The translations under genes and the position numbers were made by a program. The notes under the pieces were generated by a model. The model searched no databases. It saw nothing but the letters and a program-made list of their open reading frames with translations, and had not been told where the DNA came from. A stretch of 64,000 bases of DNA from Escherichia phage vB_Ec-M-J, in sequence record OQ718158.1; one strand, given 5' to 3'. Positions 48,221 to 57,849 of this stretch are shown in pieces; the first letter of the stretch is position 1, and each line of letters begins with the position of its first letter.

Positions 48221-48457
48221 ATGGTCGAACAAATCAAATCAACGTCTTCGAATGTAACGGGAACGGTAGCACACTTTACTAGTGATGAATCGCGGGGCGT
48301 TCCCTATTGTGCTGTACATGTAAACACTGAGGGTAACTACTGGTTTACGGTTTACGGATCATATTCATTTGGACGGCCAGGGCATCAAAAAATTCTGGAT
48401 AAAGTACAACCAACGGGTAAAAATATCACTGCCGAAATGTTTTATAAAAAATCATAA
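48221..48457 (+). CDS. small early-type ORF (hypothetical)
   Basis: behind promoter and hairpin; AAGGAATAAG RBS. Confidence 0.55.
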   Translation: MVEQIKSTSSNVTGTVAHFTSDESRGVPYCAVHVNTEGNYWFTVYGSYSFGRPGHQKILDKVQPTGKNITAEMFYKKS

Positions 48458-48541
48458 AGTACTTGCAATTAGTTTTTAGTACTGTATAATATTTTACATC
48501 GCAAGGGGGAGCGGTTCCCCCTGGTAACTAAGGATAATCAA

Positions 48542-48841
48542 ATGAAAATTGCAATCATCGCCCTGGCTTTATCTGTTTCCTCTTTCGCTGTTAATGCGTC
48601 ATTAGATGTAAGTAGTGAAAAATTCATTCAGTGCACTGTTGCAATGACCGATGAAAGAACTGGCGAGATTGTATTAAAGGATTTAGAGATCCAGCCGGAA
48701 GCATTTAAAAACGGGCCGTTCCATGAAGAAGACGAAAAAGGTAGCACGACAATTTATTACGATGCCAGTACTAAACGCGGTTCGGTCACTGTAATGGATA
48801 CTGAGAAAGTAACTCATACTGGCGTTATTAATTGCCGTTGA
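48542..48841 (+). CDS. secreted small protein (signal peptide)
   Basis: N-terminus MKIAIIALALSVSSFAVNA; own promoter and hairpin. Confidence 0.6.
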   Translation: MKIAIIALALSVSSFAVNASLDVSSEKFIQCTVAMTDERTGEIVLKDLEIQPEAFKNGPFHEEDEKGSTTIYYDASTKRGSVTVMDTEKVTHTGVINCR

Positions 48842-48862
48842 TAGATACTACGGGGTAACATC

Positions 48863-49093
48863 ATGACTAAGCGAATTGTTTTACTTAACGAAAGCAGTAC
48901 TACACAACTACTTAACGCCGTGCATTATGATATTGAAACGAGCGTTAATCTTATCAGTACTGTCGTACTGTTGGACACTGGAAAGGTCGCCAATGATAAA
49001 GCGATTGCAGGTATATTAACGGATCTTGAGCCTGGTAGCAGTGCACCCATAACGTTAAATGGTAAAGTGTTTAATATTTTACTCACTGATTAA
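48863..49093 (+). CDS. small ORF (hypothetical)
   Basis: 76-aa track ORF co-directional with neighbours. Confidence 0.5.
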   Translation: MTKRIVLLNESSTTQLLNAVHYDIETSVNLISTVVLLDTGKVANDKAIAGILTDLEPGSSAPITLNGKVFNILLTD

Positions 49094-49327
49094 GTACATA
49101 GCCCACCTGGTGGGCTTTTTTTGTTTTTGTAGTATCGTAGTACTGAGATACTTTGAAAATAGTTTTAAAAAAGTAGTTGACATTACCGCAGAAAAGCGTA
49201 GAATGTATTACATCAAGACGGGGAGCACTAAGTAGACCGCCAGTAAGTCGAACGAAAAACTGGACACGTCGAGAAAACTTTGATACACTAATAAACGTAA
49301 ACTAAACTTTAATTGAGGATTTATAAA

Positions 49328-49810
49328 ATGGCTAATGTAAAATCATTCATCAAAGCACTGGTAGCAAATGAAACTAACGTCGCGGCTGAGATCCTGGCTG
49401 AACTGGATAACGATACCATGAAAGCGGTACGCAATAATTTTAACATCGCGTACAGTACTGCGAAAGAACTACAAGCAAATAAAGCGGCAGAAATTGAAGC
49501 GGCAAAGGCTGCCCGTGAAGCAGAACTACAAGCAACAATCGAAAGTATTCAGGCGGCAGTAGTTGGATTGGATCTGGAAGTAGTTACAGAGATGGCACAA
49601 AAAGCCCTGGCGGTTAAGTATGGGGAAGACAAGCCAGAAGTAAAAGCCAAAAAATGGATTCAGGAACGCGTAGCGGTAGTACTGGATAATGGGGAAGAAT
49701 ATCTGATTCCGGTGCGTGGTAACTGTATTGCGGTAGTACTGGACGCGATTAACGCCAGCGGTATGACTCGCGAGGAATGGATCGAATCTCATCGCAAAGT
49801 TGAAGCATAA
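49328..49810 (+). CDS. hypothetical protein (161 aa), Ala/Glu-rich
   Basis: track ORF trimmed to ATG after GAGGA; followed by strong terminator. Confidence 0.6.
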   Translation: MANVKSFIKALVANETNVAAEILAELDNDTMKAVRNNFNIAYSTAKELQANKAAEIEAAKAAREAELQATIESIQAAVVGLDLEVVTEMAQKALAVKYGEDKPEVKAKKWIQERVAVVLDNGEEYLIPVRGNCIAVVLDAINASGMTREEWIESHRKVEA

Positions 49811-49831
49811 CAATTAAAGTACTGAATCACT

Positions 49832-49857
49832 AGCCCACTGTATAAGTGGGCTTTTTT
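49832..49857 (+). terminator. rho-independent terminator
   Basis: AGCCCACTGTATAAGTGGGCT then TTTTTT. Confidence 0.7.
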
Positions 49858-50094
49858 GTGTTTATCGTTTACCAGGCCACCAGCACCGCCTAGAAACGAT
49901 TCTAACGTATTAAACTGTTTATCTGATGCATTGCCCTAGCTGGTGGCGTGAAGGTCGTTAGAATGCGATTGAGAGCGTTTAAAGTATTTTGCAAAAAGTA
50001 ATAAAAAGTACTTGCACGATTAAGAGATTAGCGTATAATGTTTTACATCGAGAGGGGGAAACGGTTCTCCTTCCAAATCAAAGGAATCAAAACA

Positions 50095-50322
50095 ATGGCT
50101 ATCGTAATCACTCGCGTAACTGGTACTACTGGCAATTCTTCTACTGTTGCTGTAATTACTAATAAGAAAGGTGCGGAATTGCATTTTGCAATGGATAAAT
50201 GGGCCGTTAATGAGTTCGGTCAGTGGGCAAGTGTAGCATACATTGAAACCTATCAAGTGCCGTCGATTAGTTTAACTGATTTGGGCGTTGAGCGTATCCT
50301 TTGCCTTGATGAATTAAATTAA
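50095..50322 (+). CDS. small early-type ORF (hypothetical)
   Basis: track ORF trimmed to ATG after promoter and hairpin. Confidence 0.55.
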   Translation: MAIVITRVTGTTGNSSTVAVITNKKGAELHFAMDKWAVNEFGQWASVAYIETYQVPSISLTDLGVERILCLDELN

Positions 50323-50407
50323 AAAAGTACTTGCAAAGTAAATCGAATAAAGTATAATACATTACATCAAGGGGAGAAATGGTTCTCCCCACTACAAGGA
50401 AACTAAA

Positions 50408-50551
50408 ATGAAAACTTGTCAATGTGGTCAGAAATCTATTACGGGTTTAAAGCGGGGCGTTGCTCTTTGCCAGTACCATTATAATTTACAAGTATGGGGT
50501 AAAGAATGGGCCGACCAGGTGGAAGCAGCAAAGAAAGCAAAAAGTAAGTAA
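50408..50551 (+). CDS. small Cys-containing ORF (47 aa)
   Basis: hand-found ORF below track threshold; CQCG...CQYH; own promoter and hairpin. Confidence 0.45.
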   Translation: MKTCQCGQKSITGLKRGVALCQYHYNLQVWGKEWADQVEAAKKAKSK

Positions 50552-50569
50552 AATATTATCACAGTACTA

Positions 50570-50598
50570 TTGACATAGTTTGATAGTACTGGCATAAT
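50570..50598 (+). promoter_or_regulatory. class-B promoter (TTGACA-N17-CATAAT flanked by AGTACT)
   Basis: CAGTACTATTGACATAGTTTGATAGTACTGGCATAAT; repeated at 50864, about 53706 and about 61900. Confidence 0.65.
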
Positions 50599-50631
50599 AG
50601 ATTTTATCAAGACAACTAAGAGGAAACAATA

Positions 50632-50844
50632 ATGGCTATCATCACAAAAATCAAAGTTAACAAATCACTGGTTAAACTTGAACAAGTGAAAGCAGGTTAT
50701 AAAGTATCGTGGTGCGGTATGTATCGGATGTTCACCGATATAGACAATGCAATCAAGTACTACACTGACACCGTTGCCTCATTCGTTCGTGCTGATGTGG
50801 TTATGGCAGTGGCAACGCACAAAGCAGCGAAAGAAAGTAAGTAA
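50632..50844 (+). CDS. small early-type ORF (hypothetical)
   Basis: behind class-B promoter TTGACA-N17-CATAAT; AAGAGGAAAC RBS. Confidence 0.55.
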   Translation: MAIITKIKVNKSLVKLEQVKAGYKVSWCGMYRMFTDIDNAIKYYTDTVASFVRADVVMAVATHKAAKESK

Positions 50845-50863
50845 AAATATTATCACAGTACTA

Positions 50864-50892
50864 TTGACATAGTTTGATAGTACTGGCATAAT
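50864..50892 (+). promoter_or_regulatory. class-B promoter
   Basis: identical block to 50570..50598. Confidence 0.65.
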
Positions 50893-50933
50893 AGATTTTA
50901 TCAAGACAACATATTAATTTAAGGAATACAAAA

Positions 50934-51257
50934 ATGGCTAAAACTATCATTAACACCGTTTCCCTGGCTGCAATCCGTGCAATCAATGTTGACGGTAAAC
51001 GTTGGACTGATTCATATGGCAATACTTATCATTCTTGTCATGTAAGCGTTGAACTGGATAACGGTTTGAATGATCTGGCGGTTGAATCATTTACTTATGG
51101 CTATGAAGATGCATATCAACAAACGGCGTTATCTCTCTTAAAGGAATCAGTAGACGGGCTTAATACTGATGAAACCTCCCTTACTCGTGTGTGCAATGAT
51201 CTTAATATCCCGTTGCATTGTACTGTACAGAATGTTAAACGCAAAAAAGATCTTTAA
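50934..51257 (+). CDS. small early-type ORF, paralog of 57431..57754
   Basis: shared RWTDSYGNTYHSCHVS and C-terminal VKRKKDL. Confidence 0.65.
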   Translation: MAKTIINTVSLAAIRAINVDGKRWTDSYGNTYHSCHVSVELDNGLNDLAVESFTYGYEDAYQQTALSLLKESVDGLNTDETSLTRVCNDLNIPLHCTVQNVKRKKDL

Positions 51258-51336
51258 TTAGCTTTACTTTATGCAGATACTTTGATATAGTGTCTGCATA
51301 GGGGAAAGAAATTAAACTACTTAAGAGGATCGTATA

Positions 51337-51606
51337 ATGAAAAATATCAGTACTTTAATCGATGCAGGTACTCATGTTCGTCGGTCTATGGTTGCAACCA
51401 GTACTACAAAACAAGTAGCGAGCGGTTATCTTGTATTTGTGCACGATGGTAAACTCCTGGAACGTTCAATCAATTTTGATGTTAAAAACAATTGCCGTTT
51501 TATTATCTTTAAGCGTGAGCAATATAAAATTGATTTACCAGCAAAGCCCATTAGTGGGGCGTACAACGTGCAATCATTGTTTGAACGTCAACCATACACC
51601 TATTAA
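51337..51606 (+). CDS. small ORF (hypothetical)
   Basis: 89-aa track ORF; AAGAGGA RBS. Confidence 0.55.
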   Translation: MKNISTLIDAGTHVRRSMVATSTTKQVASGYLVFVHDGKLLERSINFDVKNNCRFIIFKREQYKIDLPAKPISGAYNVQSLFERQPYTY

Positions 51607-51657
51607 TCAAAACATCGTTAGCGGTCGATTCAGGCCGCTTATATTGGGGATTATACC

Positions 51658-51930
51658 ATGAACGTTAATCAAGTACTGAATGAGATCGAAAGCATCATTA
51701 AACCGATGAAGCGTACTGATGCTATGTTAACACCGGAAGAATGCCGCCTTTATGAGCGTTACAGCGTCGAACAAGTCCAGGCAATGGCTATGGCTACCCC
51801 AGCCGTTAAACCGCCTGAGAATGCGTTACAGGACGTTACAGGGGATTATATCATCAATCCAGTACTAGGGAAGATGGCTGCAATCACCGAAGATCAACAA
51901 GACTACTTAAGCCAGTACTTAAAAGGTTAA
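51658..51930 (+). CDS. small ORF (hypothetical)
   Basis: 90-aa track ORF; GGGG RBS. Confidence 0.5.
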   Translation: MNVNQVLNEIESIIKPMKRTDAMLTPEECRLYERYSVEQVQAMAMATPAVKPPENALQDVTGDYIINPVLGKMAAITEDQQDYLSQYLKG

Positions 51931-51935
51931 TTAAT

Positions 51936-52145
51936 ATGCTTACTGTACAGGATAAGATCGACATCTTAAAGGTTAATATGTATGTGATTGATGCAGTACC
52001 TGGTAAAGTATTTGCCTACGATGACACCACTGTAAGCGATTTCTACTATAGCCAGGCCGTGGGGGATCTTTCTGTACAGTCGGTTATTGAAAACGTAGTT
52101 AATGCAGCGTATGAGCATTTACTTTCAAATAGTACTTGCAATTAG
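51936..52145 (+). CDS. small ORF (hypothetical)
   Basis: 69-aa ORF; stop falls inside next promoter. Confidence 0.5.
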   Translation: MLTVQDKIDILKVNMYVIDAVPGKVFAYDDTTVSDFYYSQAVGDLSVQSVIENVVNAAYEHLLSNSTCN

Positions 52146-52214
52146 TTTTTAAACGCGTATAATGTTTTACATGAAGGGGAGAAATGATTCTCCCCACTAA
52201 TTAAGGAATATGAA

Positions 52215-52361
52215 ATGAAAGCATCAAAAAAGAGTACTAACAAGAAAGCACGTTCAACCTTAGATGGGGTATTCCCTTTACGTTTCGTTGATGAAGTGGT
52301 TTCCTACCCGCCTGGCCTTACTCCTGAGATGGTAGAAAGTTTGCGTAAATCTAAAAAATAG
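52215..52361 (+). CDS. small basic ORF (48 aa)
   Basis: hand-found ORF below track threshold; own promoter and hairpin. Confidence 0.45.
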   Translation: MKASKKSTNKKARSTLDGVFPLRFVDEVVSYPPGLTPEMVESLRKSKK

Positions 52362-52442
52362 TACTTGCAATTAGTTTTTAGTACTGTATAATGTTTTACA
52401 TGAAGGGGAGAAATGATTCTCCCCAATAACAGGAGAAACAAA

Positions 52443-52595
52443 ATGAAACAATACAACGCTCGGTTTGATGTTACTATCGGTAACGGCAAAGGTCAATTCT
52501 CTTTCAGTACTCGCAAAAGTTATACAGAAAACTTCCTGCGTAATTGTGCACTGACCGCCGCACAAATTAAACATTACTTTCAGGCTAAAAAATGA
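52443..52595 (+). CDS. small ORF (50 aa)
   Basis: track ORF trimmed to ATG after promoter and hairpin. Confidence 0.5.
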   Translation: MKQYNARFDVTIGNGKGQFSFSTRKSYTENFLRNCALTAAQIKHYFQAKK

Positions 52596-52681
52596 AATCA
52601 TTAGCTTACTATAGTTCTGCGGTGATCGGTGCATTGATCGCGGCGTTGTTAGTAACCTATCTATTCTTTATGGTGATTTAA

Positions 52682-52825
52682 ATGAATCCAACAGGTTTAA
52701 ACTATAAAAGTTGTTCGGCGTTTACGAAAGCAAATAAAGCGAATGCACGTAAAGCGAAAGTACAGGAATACATCAAGCAAGGCATGACGCGAAAAGCGGC
52801 GATTATAAAAGCTAAAAATAAATGA
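52682..52825 (+). CDS. small basic ORF (47 aa)
   Basis: hand-found ORF; preceded by a 29-aa hydrophobic mini-ORF at about 52592..52681. Confidence 0.4.
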   Translation: MNPTGLNYKSCSAFTKANKANARKAKVQEYIKQGMTRKAAIIKAKNK

Positions 52826-52831
52826 AAAAAG

Positions 52832-52862
52832 TGGTTGACTCCGGTCAGCCATTTTGCTATTA
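52832..52862 (+). terminator. fused terminator-promoter module, UCCG-loop variant
   Basis: GGTTGAC-TCCG-GTCAGCC then TTTTGCTATTATAT. Confidence 0.55.
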
Positions 52863-53036
52863 TATATTCATTGAGAGATAGCTCACTAGCCCACAGGGTG
52901 CATAAGTGTATCTATTATATGAGTATTGAGTACTGAAAACTATTTTTAAAAAGTACTTGCAAACTATCTCAATAAGCGTATAATGTTTTACATCGAGAGG
53001 GGGAAACGGTTTCCCCTGGTAATAAGGAAACAAATC

Positions 53037-53378
53037 ATGACTATCTCAATTGCTCAATCTAACTTTGAAAATGAAATCATCGCCCAGGCACTGCGTTTAA
53101 ATGATGGTCGGGCCGAAATTAATTACGGTTTCAATTCAGGCGGTTGCGAAAACTATCAGTACTTTGTAACGGCTGATGGCGGTGTCCTGGGTATCAATAC
53201 AGTTATTGTAAACATCCAAAAAATTAATTTCAATGATCCAGACGATAGCCAGTTTTACATCACTGGCGTAGACGTGAACTATGAGGATGACTCACTAACT
53301 GATGATCACACTGGCGAGCGGTTAGAAAGTGCATACGGTGAAGATGATTATCAGTCCGGTCCAGAAGATTTCGAATAA
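53037..53378 (+). CDS. small acidic early-type ORF
   Basis: track ORF trimmed to ATG after promoter and hairpin. Confidence 0.55.
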   Translation: MTISIAQSNFENEIIAQALRLNDGRAEINYGFNSGGCENYQYFVTADGGVLGINTVIVNIQKINFNDPDDSQFYITGVDVNYEDDSLTDDHTGERLESAYGEDDYQSGPEDFE

Positions 53379-53473
53379 TATAAAAAATAGTTTGACAATA
53401 GATTATAGTACTGTATAATTAATTACATCAAGGGGAGAAAAACTTCTCCCCACTAACAGAGAGAGAAAACAAA

Positions 53474-53686
53474 ATGGCTAATATCCGGTCGAAATTAAAA
53501 AATGCAAAACAAGTTTTATTTTCAGATCATGAATACTTTAATAAAGATATTACAGGAGTTACAAGTATCAAGGAAGTAAAAGAAAAAACCGGCGTTTTGT
53601 GTGATGTGCGATTAGTTGGGACATTTGGGAATAACGTGCTATATCGCTGCGGTGATTACAATTTTACACTGACTATCATTAACTAA
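53474..53686 (+). CDS. small early-type ORF (hypothetical)
   Basis: behind TTGACA-variant promoter and hairpin. Confidence 0.55.
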   Translation: MANIRSKLKNAKQVLFSDHEYFNKDITGVTSIKEVKEKTGVLCDVRLVGTFGNNVLYRCGDYNFTLTIIN

Positions 53687-53769
53687 AAATATTATCACAG
53701 TACTATTGACATAGTTTGATAGTACTGACATAATAACTTTTATCAACTACACTACTAAGGAATTAAAAA

Positions 53770-53949
53770 ATGGCTATCATCGCAAAAACTGAAATCGTTG
53801 GTCTGGATTCTATCATCATGACGTTTGAAGATCAAAAAGGTATGTATGTAGTTTCCTATGGTGATTATGTTCGGGAGTATGAAACGGTAGACGAAGCCTT
53901 TGAAAGTTATATTCGCCAGGTGAATAAAGCATACGACGACTACCGCTAA
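53770..53949 (+). CDS. small ORF (59 aa), loosely similar to 50632..50844
   Basis: hand-found ORF below track threshold; behind class-B promoter; N-terminal MAII. Confidence 0.45.
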   Translation: MAIIAKTEIVGLDSIIMTFEDQKGMYVVSYGDYVREYETVDEAFESYIRQVNKAYDDYR

Positions 53950-54048
53950 AATATATTACCAGTACTATTAAATCTATTGACAACGTTTGATAGTACTGTA
54001 TAATAAGTTTTATAAACAGTAGTTAACTTAACCTAAGAGAGAAACAAA

Positions 54049-54192
54049 ATGATCGCACTGGATTCATTCATCGACGCAGTACTGGCAAAAACTGGCGAGG
54101 ATCTGACCGCAGAACAATACGCGATGATCGAGCAATGTCAGCAAAACGGTAAATCGGTGAAAGATACTGTTAAGATTATCCGCAAGATGTAA
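54049..54192 (+). CDS. small ORF (47 aa)
   Basis: hand-found ORF; class-B-like promoter upstream; terminator hairpin downstream. Confidence 0.4.
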   Translation: MIALDSFIDAVLAKTGEDLTAEQYAMIEQCQQNGKSVKDTVKIIRKM

Positions 54193-54198
54193 TATTAT

Positions 54199-54226
54199 AG
54201 CCCACTGGTTAACGCTGGTGGGCTTT
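54199..54226 (+). terminator. terminator-like hairpin containing a Chi octamer
   Basis: AGCCCACTGGTTAACGCTGGTGGGCT then TTT. Confidence 0.5.
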
Positions 54227-54297
54227 AATCATTTACCCTATACAATGCCAGTACTAAACCGTTTATCTCGTTAGAATGCGTTACAGGACGTTTGACA

Positions 54298-54495
54298 ATG
54301 ATTAGCATGAAATCAGTACAAAAACAAATAGAAACATTATCAAAAATTAAACGTAAACAATACTCGTTAGAATATACAATCAATGGTAACTATCATCTAA
54401 TGAAAGAAAATAATTTTATAGTCATTGATGAATCATTGCAAGTTATTAGTATAGTACTGAAAGCATTAATTAATGATAGAAAAAAATTAAAATAA
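54298..54495 (+). CDS. small AT-rich ORF (hypothetical)
   Basis: track ORF (TTG) trimmed to ATG; composition differs from neighbours. Confidence 0.4.
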   Translation: MISMKSVQKQIETLSKIKRKQYSLEYTINGNYHLMKENNFIVIDESLQVISIVLKALINDRKKLK

Positions 54496-54823
54496 TTGTT
54501 GACATACAATGCCAGTACTGGCATAATACTTACATCAAGACGAGAACGTCACTAACCCATAGGGTGCACAAATGTAACTATATAATATCGATCAATAAAT
54601 GATCAAAAAAGTACTGGATCAATTTAGCATAAGGAGTATAATTCTGATCAATTCTTGATCAAAGGCAATATACGCAGTTGAATTTATATAGACAGTACAA
54701 AGGCGTTACTATCCGTGGTAATGCTGATGGATATGTAGTATCATACGGTTTGAATAAGATAAGCACTAGTAGTATTATTGTAGCATTACAGTACTATAGT
54801 ATTTTTATAATGAGGTTAAAATA

Positions 54824-55081
54824 ATGGCTGTTGGATTCGCGAAGGACGGGGCCGAGCAAGACGAGATTAACGCAGTTATTCAGGCCGCTGTAAACCACGC
54901 TAGAACGCAAATTAACGCACAAATAGAATCACTGATACATTGCCTCGACTGTGGCGATAAAATCCCTGAGAATCGCCGCCAGGTCGTTAAGGGGTGTAAG
55001 TACTGTATCACTTGCCAGGAGGATCATGATAGTACTTTTAAACGTCAACCGCGTAATTGTTGGCATAGATCTATGAGATAA
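54824..55081 (+). CDS. TraR/DksA-family-like C4 zinc-finger protein
   Basis: CLDCG...(17 aa)...CITCQ, the CxxC-N17-CxxC spacing typical of TraR/DksA. Confidence 0.55.
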   Translation: MAVGFAKDGAEQDEINAVIQAAVNHARTQINAQIESLIHCLDCGDKIPENRRQVVKGCKYCITCQEDHDSTFKRQPRNCWHRSMR

Positions 55082-55144
55082 AAAGTATTGACAGTACTAT
55101 CCAGTAGTGTATAATGTTTTATATCTTAACTGAGGATAGAAATC

Positions 55145-55501
55145 ATGGGAATACAACATATCACGCGTACTACTGACAATGGCGAGATCACTGGCTATCA
55201 AGTACAGGGCAAAGTAGCACAATTGCAGTACTGGTTTGTTAAACGTGGAATCATTGCACCGGATCTTGATTATGACCGTGTAGCGTTTATTGATTCTCTT
55301 TATGTTGATCCTGATAGTCGGGGGAATGGTGAAGGTAACGAATTAATGAATGCCTTTATTGATGCCGCCGATGATTCAGATTGTATCATCTTAGAATGCG
55401 ATACGGGAGAAGATAACGCCTTTAATCTTAAAGAATGGTATGAAGGTTTCGGATTCGAGGTACTGATCGATAGTGAATATCCTATCATGATTTTATCATA
55501 G
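55145..55501 (+). CDS. small GNAT-like acetyltransferase (putative)
   Basis: LYVDPDSRGNGEGNELMNAFIDAA resembles GNAT acetyl-CoA-binding motif A. Confidence 0.4.
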   Translation: MGIQHITRTTDNGEITGYQVQGKVAQLQYWFVKRGIIAPDLDYDRVAFIDSLYVDPDSRGNGEGNELMNAFIDAADDSDCIILECDTGEDNAFNLKEWYEGFGFEVLIDSEYPIMILS

Positions 55502-55580
55502 TACTTGCATTTAGTTTTCAGTACTGTATAATAGTTTACATGAAGGGGAGAATAGTTCTCCCCACTACAAGGAAAGACAA

Positions 55581-55769
55581 ATGGAAAACTTATCAAGTAT
55601 TTTAGTACAAGATGATTTCGGTAATCCTGGAAGTGCTATCATTGTTCGGGGTAATAAAGCAACGTTTGTTATTGCTGGTGGACCCGTACAGCGTAGCATT
55701 AAAAATAATGCTGTTACCATTAATAATGTACGCTATCGCTTAGATAAAGAATTAATTCATAAACTGTAA
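55581..55769 (+). CDS. small early-type ORF (hypothetical)
   Basis: behind class-A promoter and hairpin. Confidence 0.55.
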   Translation: MENLSSILVQDDFGNPGSAIIVRGNKATFVIAGGPVQRSIKNNAVTINNVRYRLDKELIHKL

Positions 55770-55855
55770 AAAAGTACTGGACAATAGATTATAGTACTGT
55801 ATAATAAGTTACATGAAGGGGAGAAAATGATTCTCCCCACTAAGAGGAAAGAAAA

Positions 55856-56068
55856 ATGCAAGGTCAACTAATCGTTCGTAAATGGTCTGATACTAACGCT
55901 AAACCGTGGGATGTACAATACATCGCCCCCAATGGTGAATCCAGATATCAACCAGGTGTAACGCATAGTACTGAGCAATTCGCCGCCGCTCATCGTGAAC
56001 GTCTGTTACAATCAATGCAGCAAGGTTTCGGTGAAAAATTCATTCAGGATCATTGGCTGAAAGATTAA
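55856..56068 (+). CDS. small early-type ORF (hypothetical)
   Basis: behind TTGGACA-type promoter and hairpin. Confidence 0.55.
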   Translation: MQGQLIVRKWSDTNAKPWDVQYIAPNGESRYQPGVTHSTEQFAAAHRERLLQSMQQGFGEKFIQDHWLKD

Positions 56069-56154
56069 AAAGTTCTTGCACAGTACTGAATAAAGTGTAT
56101 AATGTTTTATATCGAGAGGGGAATAGTTCCCCTCCTAACAAAAAGGAAAGTATA

Positions 56155-56328
56155 ATGATCCAAGTAGAATTATCAGTACTGAAAGATCTATTTTATCGGT
56201 TAGGTACTAATGGCGAGTATCCTAAAAGTGATACCGCAAAACTTTTTGTATCACTCGACTTATGGCAACGCGAACAATTAGTAATGTCGTGGCGTAAAGG
56301 TAAAGCAGATCGCGAGGTGAAAGCATGA
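56155..56328 (+). CDS. small early-type ORF (57 aa)
   Basis: track ORF trimmed to ATG after promoter and hairpin. Confidence 0.5.
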   Translation: MIQVELSVLKDLFYRLGTNGEYPKSDTAKLFVSLDLWQREQLVMSWRKGKADREVKA

Positions 56329-56474
56329 AAGAATTCTTATTTGAAGTAGTGTTTCAAGGTGTCGGTAGTAACCAACTGATTCGCTCAAGTGGTTACAATG
56401 TTAACCAGGCATGGAATAACATTAAACAAATGTACCCGAACGCTATCACATATCGCAACCCGAAAGAAGTTTAA
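56325..56474 (+). CDS. small ORF (49 aa), translationally coupled
   Basis: hand-found ORF; ATGA overlap; followed by terminator/promoter module. Confidence 0.45.
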   Translation: MKEFLFEVVFQGVGSNQLIRSSGYNVNQAWNNIKQMYPNAITYRNPKEV

Positions 56475-56488
56475 AAATAATTGAAAAA

Positions 56489-56521
56489 GGGATTGACTCC
56501 GGTCAGTCCCTTTGCTATTAT
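56489..56521 (+). terminator. fused terminator-promoter module, UCCG-loop variant
   Basis: GGGATTGAC-TCCG-GTCAGTCCC then TTTGCTATTATAT. Confidence 0.6.
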
Positions 56522-56656
56522 ATACGCATAGAAACAAATTAGCCCACCGGGTGCATAAATGTATCTATTGTTTGCTGGTGGCTAGTACTATCAAGTACTG
56601 AAAACTATTTTTAAAAAGTACTTGCAAAGTATCACGATAAGCGTATAATGTTTTAC

Positions 56657-56729
56657 ATCAGGACGGGGAACGAAACAAGTAACCCCGTTAAGTAGTCCAG
56701 GAGTAAGACATACGAAAAACTCCCCTGAT
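56657..56729 (+). ncRNA. candidate structured leader or small RNA, copy B
   Basis: about 90% identical to copy A, with stem-preserving differences. Confidence 0.35.
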
Positions 56730-56798
56730 AAAATAGTTTGACAATAGAAAGTAAACGAGTATAATACTTACATCAACCACTGATAAGGAAACATTAAA

Positions 56799-57074
56799 AT
56801 GCGGATTCTACTGACAGCTAACGAAATCGAACAAGTACTGACTACTAACCTGGAAGACTGGAAACGTGAAGCAGATATCCAGGCGGTTCAATGGCTTAAT
56901 GATAAGTTAACGCCGGATGATTTAAGTAAGATTGTAGATCCTCAATTCTACGAAGATATTCACGACACCGCGTTAAGCGTCGAGGATGTACTTGATAAGC
57001 ACTACATTGATACTGATTTACATGTTTACGGTCGTAAAAACTTTATCACTATTCACGACATTTACAATACTTAA
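56799..57074 (+). CDS. small acidic early-type ORF
   Basis: downstream of duplicated dual-promoter cassette. Confidence 0.55.
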   Translation: MRILLTANEIEQVLTTNLEDWKREADIQAVQWLNDKLTPDDLSKIVDPQFYEDIHDTALSVEDVLDKHYIDTDLHVYGRKNFITIHDIYNT

Positions 57075-57160
57075 GTATTGACAAAGTATCTTAGTACTGT
57101 ATAATAGTTTACATCGAGAGGGGAAACGGTTCCCCTCCTAACAAAGAGAGAGAAATAAAA

Positions 57161-57343
57161 ATGGCTAAGTGCACTATCTGCAAGAAAGAAATAGTATTAG
57201 TTCCAAGTGCCCGTGAACGTGCCGCTCGGTTTGGTGGCAAAGCGTCAGACTATACAAAAATGTTTACTGCCCATACAGCTTGCCAGGTAGCAAAACGTTC
57301 ACAAGAAAGCGTAGAATTAATGCGTAAACTTTCCAAAAAATAA
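57161..57343 (+). CDS. small early-type ORF with Cys pairs
   Basis: CTICKK...HTACQ; behind promoter and hairpin. Confidence 0.55.
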   Translation: MAKCTICKKEIVLVPSARERAARFGGKASDYTKMFTAHTACQVAKRSQESVELMRKLSKK

Positions 57344-57430
57344 GTATTGACAAAGTATCTTAGTACTGTATAATAGTTTACATCAAGCGAGGGGAATGGT
57401 TCCCCTCCTAACAAAGAGAGAGAAATAAAA

Positions 57431-57754
57431 ATGGCTATGATCCTTACCCAGAAAGTAGAACTGAAAATTGTAACCTCCTTTGACATTAACGTTAATCGGT
57501 GGACTGATTCACACGGCAATACTTACCACTCTTGCTACGTGTCTGCGTTAATTGGCGACCGCTGGGAAGACCTGGGACACGAAACCTTTACATACGGTTA
57601 CGGTACACAAGGCGAATACACGGGCTTGGAGATCATTAAAGAAACCGTTATAGGTTTCAACCCGAAAGAAAAAGTTATTCACCGCATCGAGGAAGAGATC
57701 AACAAAGAAATAACAGTTCGATACAACGATGTAAAACGTAAGAAAGACATGTAA
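57431..57754 (+). CDS. small early-type ORF, paralog of 50934..51257
   Basis: shared RWTDSHGNTYHSCYVS and VKRKKDM; upstream region duplicated from 57161 gene. Confidence 0.65.
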   Translation: MAMILTQKVELKIVTSFDINVNRWTDSHGNTYHSCYVSALIGDRWEDLGHETFTYGYGTQGEYTGLEIIKETVIGFNPKEKVIHRIEEEINKEITVRYNDVKRKKDM

Positions 57755-57849
57755 TAGAATCCATTTAAAGTACTATTTGACATTGCCCAGATAGTACTTT
57801 ATAATAGACTCTAACTTGTAGTACTAACTCAACTAATAGGATGTATACC

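Noticed and set aside
52592-52681. 29-aa hydrophobic mini-ORF
   Set aside because: Too short to support on its own; mentioned only as a possible coupled leader peptide of 52682..52825.
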